From Leucoraja erinacea (lineage: Eukaryota): DNA of 64,000 nucleotides. Each line of letters opens with the position of its first letter. Within the stretch, counting starts at the first letter, position 1. Shown here piece by piece: positions 35,331 to 46,700 of the stretch. A program made the translations under genes and the position numbers. The stretch is taken from contig NC_073405.1 in NCBI RefSeq assembly GCF_028641065.1, forward strand, positions 20,460,001-20,524,000, in the 5' to 3' direction. The notes under the pieces are model-generated. The model searched no databases, was not told the origin of the DNA, and saw nothing but the letters and a program-made list of their open reading frames with translations.

Positions 35331-36103
35331 GGAAGCTATACCAGGATTGGAGGGAGATAAAAACTTTGGTGGTAGGAAGCAGTTTGTGGGGGATGGGACA
35401 TACCTGGTGTATCAGGGGTTGTGGGGTATGGACCATTGATGGGAGAACTGGGGAAGATGGGAAAGAGGAAGAAAGGCCTCTGTGATATCTCAACCAAGAC
35501 CTATGTTGCCCAATTCCTGTCCTCTTGCTCGGTGAGAGGGAGATACTAAATTAATAATTTGTTTCAACGTGTCGGTGACAACGGTGCAGATAAAGAAGTC
35601 TCCTTCCTCATTGCCTGGTGGTGGTGAATCCTCATTTGACCTGGTGTAGCCCAACCACCAAATTCTGATCCATCCTCCGCCAAAGCATTGTGCGTTGTCA
35701 CTTGCTATATACACTCAAGCTTCTTCCATCTCTCGAAGCTGTCCTTATGGCAATGAGCATATTGTGACTGGGACAGTTATGAACACTGGGAGCCCCCAGT
35801 AACATCCACACATAAACCACTGATGGAGAAGTAAGATGCACAGAAGCTCTTATGCGTTGAGTTAGACAATGGTAAAAGAAGGTGCAGACAGCTGTAAATA
35901 GTGTGGCAGATGGAGTAGTGAGGGATATTGGGCGATACAAGTGAGAGTAAGAGCAAAGTTTGCAGTGTGTTGGAAGTTGAGGGATGCTGGGGTGATAGTG
36001 AGGTCACTTGACAAACATCTCTGTAGCATCCATCCATTTCTTAAGCCATTATTCACCCACCTTACCAATGAATGTTGTATTTTAATAAAGAGCCATCATA
36101 TAA

Positions 36104-36331
36104 TAGAAACATAGAAAATAGGTGCAGGAGTAGGCCATTCGGCCCTTCGAGTCTGCACCGCCATTCAATATGATCATGGCTAATCATCCAACTCAGTATC
36201 CTGTACCTGCCTTCTCTCCATCCCTTTAGCCACAAGGGCCACATCTAACTCCCTCTTAAATACAGCCAATGAACTGGCCTCAACTACCTTCTGTGGCAGA
36301 GAGTTCCAGAGATTCACCACTCTGTGTGAAA
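36104..36331 (-). mobile_element. CR1-like 3' end
   Basis: Same tail as the 11575 and 44453 copies. Confidence 0.85.
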
Positions 36332-36779
36332 ATGATGGATTATCAACCATTGCTGTTTTCCACTCATATTTCTTACTTTATAATGAAGACAAATAATTCC
36401 CTTTTTTAAACCAATTCTTTTTTAACCAGAATGTACACAATCATTTTATTAGGCACAAGTGTGATAAAATCAGCACAGATGGAACGAACAAAACATTTGG
36501 GTGGTCACATGGAGTCACTCTGTCCTTTGGCTTCTGCCAACACATTATATTGTAACACCATACAACAGTCTTTGATGTTTCAATCTATGGAGTCATTGCT
36601 CTTTATAGCAAAGGATTTTCTTTTTATCTGTTCCGAGCTGTACTCATGCATATGACAATAAACTTAGAATTGAACTGGAATGCAAGGTATTTTGATATGT
36701 GGGATTAATAGTCCATTGAACCAATTCTGAAGACAAACTATATCAGATAATTACCATTGTCTTACTTCTTTGTCCAACT

Positions 36780-37100
36780 AAAACACAATTGGATATACTT
36801 CGAAAAGTACGAACATATCTCGAATGATGTTTTTAAACTTTAACAAATTTTTCCATTCTTCTTCAATTACCTCTTTCACTCCTTTTCCTTTTTTTATTTT
36901 TTATTTTAGTTTTCTTTTTCCTTCTTCCCTCTCTCTATTTCATCTATCCCTTTAGCCCTATCTAGTTATAAAAAAAAAAAACGAAGAAAAATGCAAAAAG
37001 TATTGGAGACAATGTAATAATAACTGACAATATTATCAATTTAAAAATGATGTAACAATGATGTAATAGATCATGTACCTATCTCCAATAATAAAAAATT

Positions 37101-37136
<36 letters not shown>

Positions 37137-37145
37137 ACAATTGGA
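36780..37145 (+). mobile_element. 5'-truncated poly(A)-tailed retroposon (L1-type) with 14-bp TSD
   Basis: AAAACACAATTGGA at 36780-36793 and 37132-37145; AATAAA then ~31 A. Confidence 0.8.
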
Positions 37146-37250
37146 GTTGGGGGGAAGCCAGAGTCCTTGCCTGACTTCAGAAGCACAACTAACCCAACTC
37201 TCAGTTCAACAACCCAACTTTGTAAATGGAAGAAGTTTCTGCACAAGAAA

Positions 37251-37256
37251 TTTATT
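37251..37256 (-). terminator. Proximal WDR55 poly(A) signal (a second candidate lies at 36450-36445)
   Basis: AATAAA ~145 nt after the stop with GU-rich sequence downstream. Confidence 0.55.
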
Positions 37257-37399
37257 TTGGCAGAATATCGACTCTGGGATCCACTCATTTGCACAAACAT
37301 GCACAAGTTAAGAGGAAGACGAGCTTTTTGTTGCACGAGATGATATAATCCAATCACAAAGCTTGGCAGCTGATCAGGGCACAGGAAAGGCACAGCCTA

Positions 37400-37724
37400 C
37401 TATGCATCAAAGGTTTCATCGTCGCTCTTGCTGTTCTCTTCTCCCTCGACACTTTCCTCTGCAAGATCAGCAAAAAAGCCACTCCCAGGCCCATAGCCAA
37501 ACGCTTTCTTGCTTAATGATTCCAGCTTCCCGGACTTCTTCCGTTTCCTGTAGTCATCAACAATGACTGTATGCAAGTTAGAGACATCCCAAAATTTCAC
37601 CTTCTCGTCATGGGCACAGCTGGCGAGGAAATGGCCCTCTCTGGACTTGACAATCTGCTCGATAGACTCGCCGGGGTGCTGCCCCACACTCCCAATCACT
37701 CGATTGGGAAGAATGTTAACGGCC
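37400..37724 (-). CDS. WDR55: WDR55 exon 8 coding part
   Basis: [16 protein letters not shown]...[14 protein letters not shown]...FFADLAEE...TAG. Confidence 0.92.
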
Positions 37725-40700
37725 CTGGGAGAAACAAACACACGATTTGAAGACACGCACACTATTGAAGCTTCATACTGTGATAACAAGTATATTTTCA
37801 CCTGAGAAAAGGTTTGACATTCTAATGTCTGGTCCCAGAAATGAAGATATTCCAATTAAATCCTAATTATGATTGGTGAGATTCCTATCAAACTCTATCC
37901 TTCTATTAATAAAACACATAATTTCTCATACTGCCTTTAAAAATGTATAGAGAAATTTTCCCAGAACATTCTTTTCCAAAATCCCCATTGTATTACTTAC
38001 TGCTGCCTAATCTCTTTTGACTAACTAAAGTGCATAATCCTCACACTTCAATAATCATAACTGTTACCTTTCGAATGGAAAACCCAAGTACAGGTTATCA
38101 ATTCCAGTAGGCGGAGAAGGGACGTGGTGGGCACGATGCCGTAAAGGAGAATGAGCACAAAGAGCCCGTGGGGGGTGTACGGAAACAACATGGTGGGCAT
38201 CACACTGTTCAGGACATAACAGGCTGAGCGCAAGGACTCGGGGGCAGAGAAGATGCTTTACAACACGTGCTTTCTCACCTGATAACTCCATCCATGGAAG
38301 CTGTACAAAGAATGTTATCAGTGATCGGCACGACACAGTCAATGGATTCTCTCTGCACTTGGAATCGATCACTGGTTGCCCCAAACCCATTCCAGTTGAA
38401 GATGTAGATCATTCCCTCTGATGAACTGCAGGCCACCTTGCCGCCTCCCTGTTCACAAACAGAAGAAGGTTAATTAGCACCGCACTCTGCCTGGGTTCCA
38501 GTCTCATTAACCAGCCTCTGACTCATTGAGGGGAAGATGCTGCACTCAGTCAGCTCATCCTGTAACCGCTGAGCAAGTGAATAAACTAAAGGGGCATGTT
38601 AAAGAAAATTGCAAGTTCGGCCCTGTGGACCCTGAAATACAGAGGGGTGTTCCAGACTGCGGGAAATGGGCATGATGGGAAGGTGCAACAAGGCCAGGGA
38701 ACGTACAATAAATGGGAGGACTCCAGTGTTATCCTTGGAGTCAATGTTCAAGGATTCTTAAGGATAGTGGTAGTTACAAGAGATTAAGGGATGCTTTCCT
38801 TATTCGTTGGTGCACAAGATCAGGGGAATTATGTTAGAACAGCGTACAACATTAGTTTAGCTGTAGTTTATGCCTTGCATACATTTCTGGCTGTCATGTC
38901 ACAGGTATTATGTAAGGGCGGCACATTGGCGCAACAGAAGAGCTGCTTCCTTCCAGTGCCAGAGACACAGGTTCAATCCTGACTATGGGTGCTGTCTGTA
39001 TGGAGTTTGTACATTCTCCCTATGAAAGGGTGCATTTTTTCCCCAGTGCTTCAGTTTCCTCCCACACTCCAAAGATGTACAAATTAGTAGGTTCATTGAC
39101 TTTGGTAAAATTGTCCCAAGTGCGTAGGATAGTGTTAAGTGTATGGGGCAATCGATGGTCAGCGCGGACTCTGTGGATTGAATGACCTTTTTCTGTGCTT
39201 TTAAAGTTTATTTAGTGGTTACGAAGTTTTACCTCACCTACATATTCTTGTAAGAATTTACTCTGTGGTTAAGAATCATGGCCATTGGTTTCACAATGTT
39301 TAATCCAAATACATTTCAATTCTGCAAGAGTTCACCTTCATTATAGCCAGTGATGTAAGGTCACCATCCTGAAACTCTGATTGCAGGTCAAAGCGGCGTC
39401 TCTTAATGTTGAAAACACACATCGTACCATCACCACTAGAGAGACAACAGGACAATGTGAGAAGCCATTATGCAGAAGGAGGGAGAGACAAATTAATAGA
39501 GAACACAAGGTGCAGAAGAGATCAGATGGACAACCAATACATGCTAGTGGCATGCCAGCTGCTGTCTCACAGTTCCAGTGGCCTGGGCTCGATCCCGACC
39601 TTGTGCCTTCTCTGTCTGGAGTTTCAGTGACTTATGCACAAGTTGTAGGATCATGGATTCACAGCATGGGAATAGGCCCTTCAGCATTAAATCAGTACTG
39701 ACAGTTAATGCCCATTTACACTAAACTCACTTCATTCTCCTCATAGCAAAAGCAGCCAACCAACCCACGTGTCTTTGAGATGTTGGAGAAAACTGGAACA
39801 CCTTGAGGAAGCCTACGTGGTCACAAAAAGAATGCAGGCAACAAACATAGCCTCATGAATCCCAGCTGCATCTGGCTTTGTTGGTTACATGAAACTGTCT
39901 TTGTTCAATCCGACTCTGGCGCCACTCCCCAAATCGTTGTCCACCACATCAACAACGACGCTAATGCTGCCGTGGTGCATCTTGTCAACTTCAACACTTT
40001 CGCCATCATGGCCATCCAGCCCTCAAATTCATCTGGTCTATTTCTGACACTTCTCTTCCCTTTCTAGATCAGGAGATAAACGTATCCACCAATATCTACT
40101 ATTAACCTATAGACTACCACAACCACTACTCCTCCTCCCACCCCATTTCCCATAAGAATGCCATCCCTTTCTCTCAGTTTCTCTGTCTCCACCGCATCTG
40201 TTTCCAGCTAAGGTATTCTGCTCTACAACTTGCAAAAGATCATCCTCCTCTGGAAATGTGGCTCATCCTGTGCCATGGCTGATGGAACCCTCACATAGAG
40301 AGGCCAACCTCCATCTCCAGCACATCTACTCTCACCTTTCTTCCCACAAACACAGAGTTTCCCGCTCCACACCTTTTACTCCAATGGCCTTAGTATCCAG
40401 CGCATCATCCTTCACCGCTTTTTTCAGTTCCAACATGATCCCATTGCCAGTTATATCATCCCCTCTCCACTTTCTGCAAGGACCATACCCTACGACCCTT
40501 GGTTCAATCCTTCCTCACCCACCCCTCCCCATACCCTGCTACTGTTGGTGCAATACATGTTCTTGAACCATCTTCCAGGGACCTAAACTCCCTTCCAGGT
40601 GAGGCATTCATTTGTACCTCCTCCAACCTGATCTACTGCATTTGGTGCTCTCAAACCAGCAAGACCAAGCACAGAATAGGTGATCACTTTGCAGAGCACC

Positions 40701-43700
40701 TTATTTGCAAAAGGGCCTTACCACAATGTAACATCATGTCTATGGAGTATGCATGAATTAATCAAATTTTTACCTAAGAGGCAAAACTACTATTCACTGA
40801 GTCAACCTTTAAGGTGAACCCATCCAGTTAGCCGAGTTGTTTCTGTACCTGGTTGTAAGCAAGATCTTCTTATTCTGGTCAATTGTGATATCACTAATAT
40901 AATCATCATGGTTTTTCATCTCCATGAAAGAGGTTTCCTTCCGCAAATCCCAAACTTTCAACAAACCATCATCGTCTCCCGTAGCAAAAAGATTTTCATC
41001 AATCAGCTTCAAGCTATTAATAGCAACACTGGTGGAAATAAAAACAAGAGACCCAGGGTTAAAGTGAAGCAAATGGGAGGGTGGCTGAGCGAGAAAGGTT
41101 AGTGGATCGATGGGAGGAGTTGGAATCCCATTAAGTTATGTGATAGGTGATACACGATCCTGTGGCTGAATATTTTTTTTGTTTAAGTCAACAACATGGC
41201 AGAAGCCGGAGAATGGGAGGTGGGTGAGGGTGTCAGGTGAAGAATGGGAAAAGAAAGGGGTGGCGAGGCAGCAGGGCATGACCCAGGAGAGGGGGGAGGC
41301 ATTGGCAGGGAGATGTCCGATGTGGTGGGAGGGGTGGTGTGGGGGGGGAGAAACATATGTACTCAAGAGAGGTAAACTGGAGAATATATTCCCAGATGGG
41401 AAGGCAGAACAACATTGGACAATGTACAAAAAGTGATAATGAACTTAGAAATGTTTTGCATTAAAATATAATCAAGTAAACAAATGAAAGGCTGTGGATA
41501 AATTGAGATGAGGATCATATTTAATCTGATGAAATAGATATAGCCAGAGAAGATTAACAATTAATTTACAGTACTATGTTACAAGTAGGAGAATAGCATT
41601 GTAGTTGGAGAATCGAGTTGGGGATGGGAATGGGGGAGAAAATGGGATAATGTACATTATCTGCCCAAAACGTTGCCCGTTTCCTTTGCTCCATAGATGC
41701 TGCTGCACCCGCTGAGTTTTTCCAGCATTTTTGTGTACCTTCGATTTACCAGCATCTGCAGTTCGTTCTTAAACACCTTAACAAGGCAATTTGGTGCACA
41801 AGTGTAAGGATTTCTGCAGATGGTAGCACAGGTAGATAGGGAGGTGAGGAAGGCACTCCTATCAATATGGCATAGAACGCAACGTGCAGGAGATAATGGC
41901 GCAATATAACATTGGTTCACCGCAGTTAGAATACAGTGTACTATCTGATAGCAATGCTACGGGAAGAATGCAATTCACTGGAAAGTGTGCACAGCAGATT
42001 CACCAGATGAAGCATTTCAGTTATATGGATAGATTGGAGAGGCTGGGTTTGCATTCCTTGGAGTAGAGCAGGGCAAGGAGGAATCTGATAGAGGGGTTCA
42101 AAATTGTTAGGGACACTGATAAACTAAATAATAGGAAACTATTCCCCATGTCAGAGGCATCCAAAATTAGAGGGAAAAGTTTTGTTAGGGGATAATAAGG
42201 TGTAGTTCAGATCTAAGGAAGATTTCTTTCCACCAGGGATGGTTGGAATCTGGAACACACTGCCTGAATAAATGATGGAGGTAGGTACTCGCAAACCATT
42301 TAATTATGCAAGGGAGCACTTGAATTGCCAAGGCAAAAGAAAACTATGGACCAGGTGTTGGTGAATGGGGAGTGTGTGGGGAATGAGATGATGGACCGAA
42401 AGGCCCATTGTTGTTCCTGTGACGCAATGAGTACTTTGGGAACACAGGTTGAAACTCTGTTCGGGGTAATTTAACCTGGTTTCCTCCAGGTGCTCTGGTT
42501 TCATCCCACATCCTAAAGGTGTACGGGTTTGTTGGTTAATTGGCCTCTGTAAATTGACCTGCGCTGTTTAGGTGGGAAAGTTGGAAAATATAGAACTAGT
42601 GTGAACGAGTTATCAATGGTTGCCATGCATTTGGTGGCTGAAGGCCCCGTTTCCATGCATTAAACATTCCTTGGAACACTACAATTTACCGTTTATGTCC
42701 TGCCTCATTTGACTTTCCAAAATGGATCATCCTCTCCCTTTGCACTCCACATTTACAGGTCCATTCTGTTACTCTTGGATGACCATCTATAAATCATACT
42801 TTGCATTTCACCTATCACCGTTCCTTTCAACCCTCACACTCTGCGGGTCGACCTCCCCTTCGCATGGCCTCAGTCCCAACTCTGCCCTGGGATCACCCAA
42901 CTACGCCCATTGCTCTCTGCCGCTCATTCGGTTTGGGGGGGGGGGGGGGAAGAGCCAGAGTCAGTACCTGTGAGCTTTGGGAATCCTCCTCGTCAACTTG
43001 CCTCTTTCAACATTGAGAATGTGAACCGATTTATCTTTTGAAACTGTAAAGAGTCCTGCAAAGAAGAAAACACCATGTGAGTTCTGAGTCATGATCGCAC
43101 TGAAATCATGTGCGGTTATCTCCCTGCAGGTGCTGGCTGACCAGCTAAGCAATTCCAGCATCTGATCCTCTTATAACACACATGCTATAAAATCCAACCG
43201 CCGACAGAGTCATTATATAAGAGCAAATTTTTAATCCCACTACCTCACCTTAGAATGCATGTGATCTAATTGTCAAGAATAGCCTACCATGCAGGACCTC
43301 GTCAAATGTCTTGCTAAAGACCACATAAACAATATCCACAGCACTGCCCTCATCAATCTTCTTGGTGGCCTCATCAAGAATCTTCAGATCTGTGGGTATT
43401 CCATGCATACTATCCTGAATCAGTCCATGCCTATCCATATGATGGTAGATCCTGTATCTTAGCACGCAGTTCAGTGACTAACCTTCTATACATTAGGCAA
43501 ATCATATTATGTATAAGAGTGTCAGAGAGGAGACCACACTGAGTCAGTACAAAAAGGTCACCATGTTTTAGGTAATCTTCAAGTACCCTTCAAGTCTGAT
43601 ATGTTGTTGTCACCAAAGAGGATCTACCACTATCCACTGTAATCATTTCACTTTTTTAATCACGTATTAATATATTCATGGTATGATTTGACTGGGCACC

Positions 43701-46700
43701 ATTCAAAGCAAAGCATTTATAATCTAAACTAGAACTCAACCACCTTTGGCAATTTGTATACTGCAGTAAGACATCACAACTCCTATGTTTAAATTTGTTA
43801 GCTTTCTTGATCTTCTCCTCAGTAAAATAAATGGATGAAAAATATTAATTTAATCACTCCCCCTCCCATCTCTCCCCTTCCTGCAAATATTGATAATAAA
43901 TTGAGGCACTACCTTCCCCATTGTCGGTGAATGCCACTTTCCGGCAGGATTTCAAGTGATGCCCCGAGGACCACAGCTCCTGGTTTCCAGACTCCTCACA
44001 CGAATAGGAGAAACTGCAACACAATTCAAGGCAGACGGTCACTATTTTCCTGCTAATGTTTTCCTTTGTTTCCCTTGATACTCTGCTTGGTGTTGTACCC
44101 TCATCCTTCTCTGCTCCCACCTCAGAAGGGTGCTGTAACCATTGATTAAATGCCTCAATACAGCAGAGAATCATATATATCTGTATAATTCAACTGTTCA
44201 ACACTAATACTAAAAAGCATAAGATCAAACAGAACCATGTTTCTTCCTTGCCTAAAACACAGTGAAAGTGATGTTGATTAAAAGGGAAGAAACCATGGAG
44301 GCACCTGATGTTTTTTGGCGTCTGACTCCAAGTCTTAAGGATATAATTAATGTAAAGTAATGGCTGGAAGATGATGGGTGACAATGCAATTAGCGGGAAT
44401 AAATTTGGGTGTGACTGGAGAGTTAATGATATCAATGAAAGGAACAGTATTTAGAAACATAGAAAATAGGTGCAGGAGTAGGCCATTCGGCCCTTCGAGC
44501 CTGCACCGCCATTCAAAATGATCATGGCTGATCATCCAACTCAGTATCCTGTACCTGCCTTCTCTCCATACCCCCTGATCCCTTTAGCCACAACTAACTC
44601 CCTCTTAAATATAGCCAACAAACTGGCCTCAACTACCTTCTGCGGCAGAGAATTCCAGAGATTCACCACTCTCTGTGTGAAAAAAGTTTTCCTCATCTCG
44701 GTCCTAAAAGATTTCCCCCTTATCCTTAAACTATGACCCCTTGTTCTGGACTTCCCCAACATCGGGAACAATCTTCCTGCATCTAGCCTGTCCAACCCCT
44801 TAAGAATTGTGTAAGTTTCTATAAGATCCCCCCTCAATCTTCTAAATTCTAGCGAGTACAAACCGAGTCTGTCCAGTCTTTCTTCATATGAAAGTCCTGA
44901 CATCCCAGGAATCATTTTGGTGAACCTTCTCTGTACTCCATCTATGGCAAGAATGTCTTTCCTCAGATTAGGAGACCAAAACTGTACGCAATACTCCAGG
45001 TGTGGTCTCACCAAGACCCTGTACAACTGCAGTAGAACCTCCCTGCTCCTATACTCAAATCCTTTTGCTATGAATGCTAACATACCATTCGCCTTCTTCA
45101 CTGCCTGCAGCACCTGCATGCCTACTTTCAATGACTGTTGTACCATGACACCCAGGTCTCGTTGCATCTCCCCCTTTCCTAATCGACCACCATTCAGATA
45201 ATAATCTACTTTCCTGTTTTTGCCACCAAAGTGGATAACCTCACATTTATCCACATTATACTGCATCTGCCATGCATTTGCCCACTCACCCAGCCTATCC
45301 AAGTCACCTTGCAGCCTCCTAGCATCCTCTTCACAGCTAACACTGCCCCCCAGCTTCGTGTCATCCGCAAACTTGGAGATGTTGCATTCAATTCCCTCGT
45401 CCAAATCATTAATATATATCGTAAATAGCTGGGGTTCCAGAACTGAGCCTTGCGGTACCCCACTAGTCACTGCCTGCCATTATGAAAAGGACCTATTTAC
45501 TCCTACTCTTTGCTTCCTGTCTGCCAACCAGTTCTCTATCCACATCAATACTGAACCCCCAATACCGTGTGCTTTAAGTTTCTATACTAATCTCTTATGT
45601 GGGACCTTGTCGAAAGCCTTCTGAAAGTCCAGATATAACACATCCACTGGTTCTCCCTTATCCACTCTACTAGTTACATCCTCGAAAAATTCTATAAGAT
45701 TCGTCAGACATGATTTACCCTTCATAAATCCATGCTGACTTTGTCCAATGATTTCACCACTTTCCAAATGTGCTGCTATCCCATCTTTAATAACTGATTC
45801 TAGCAGTTTCCCCACTACCAACGTTAGACTAACTGGTCTGTAATTCCCCGTTTTCTCTCTCCCTCCCTTTTTAAAAAGTGGTGTTACATTAACTACCCTC
45901 CAATCCTCAGGAACTACTCCAGAATCTAAAGAGTTTTGAAAAATTATCACTAATGCATCCACTATTTCTGGGGCTACTTCCTTAAGTACTCTGGGATGCA
46001 GCCTATCTGGCCCTGGGGATTTATCGGCCTTTAATCCATTCAATTTACCTAACACCACTTCCCAGCTAACCTGGATTTCACTCAGTTCCTCCATCTCATT
46101 TGACCCCCGGTCCCCTGCTATTTCCGGCAGATTTTTTTTATGTTTTCCTTAGTGAAGACAGAACCAAAGTAGTTATTCAATTTGTCTGCCATGTCCTTCT
46201 TCCCCATGATCAATTCACCTGTTTCTGACTGCAAGAGACCTACATTTGTTTTAACTAATCTTTTTCTCTTCACATATCTATAAAAGCTTTTGCAGTCAGT
46301 TTTTATGTTCCCTGCCAGTTTTCTTTCATAATCTATTTTCCCTTTCCTAATTAAGCCTTTTGTCCTCCTCTGCTGGTCTCTGAATTTCTCCCAGTCCTCT
46401 GGTAGGCTGCTTTTTCTGGCTAATTTGTATGCTTCATCTTTTGTTTTGATACTATCCCTGATTTCCCTTGTTATCCACGGATGCACGACCTTCCCTGATT
46501 AATTTTTTTGCCAAACTGGGATGAACAATTGTTGTAGTTCATCCATGCAGTCTTTAAATGCCTTCCATTGCATATCCACCGTCAACCCATTAAGAATCAA
46601 TCGCCAGTCTATCTTGGCCAATTCACGTCTCATACCCTCAAAGTTACCTTTCTTTAAGTTCAGGACCCTCGTTTCTGAATTAACGATGTCACTCTCCATC

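Noticed and set aside
44541-45470. 309-aa reverse transcriptase ORF as a host gene or novel RT system
   Set aside because: It is part of a disrupted, 5'-truncated CR1 LINE with several sibling copies in the window
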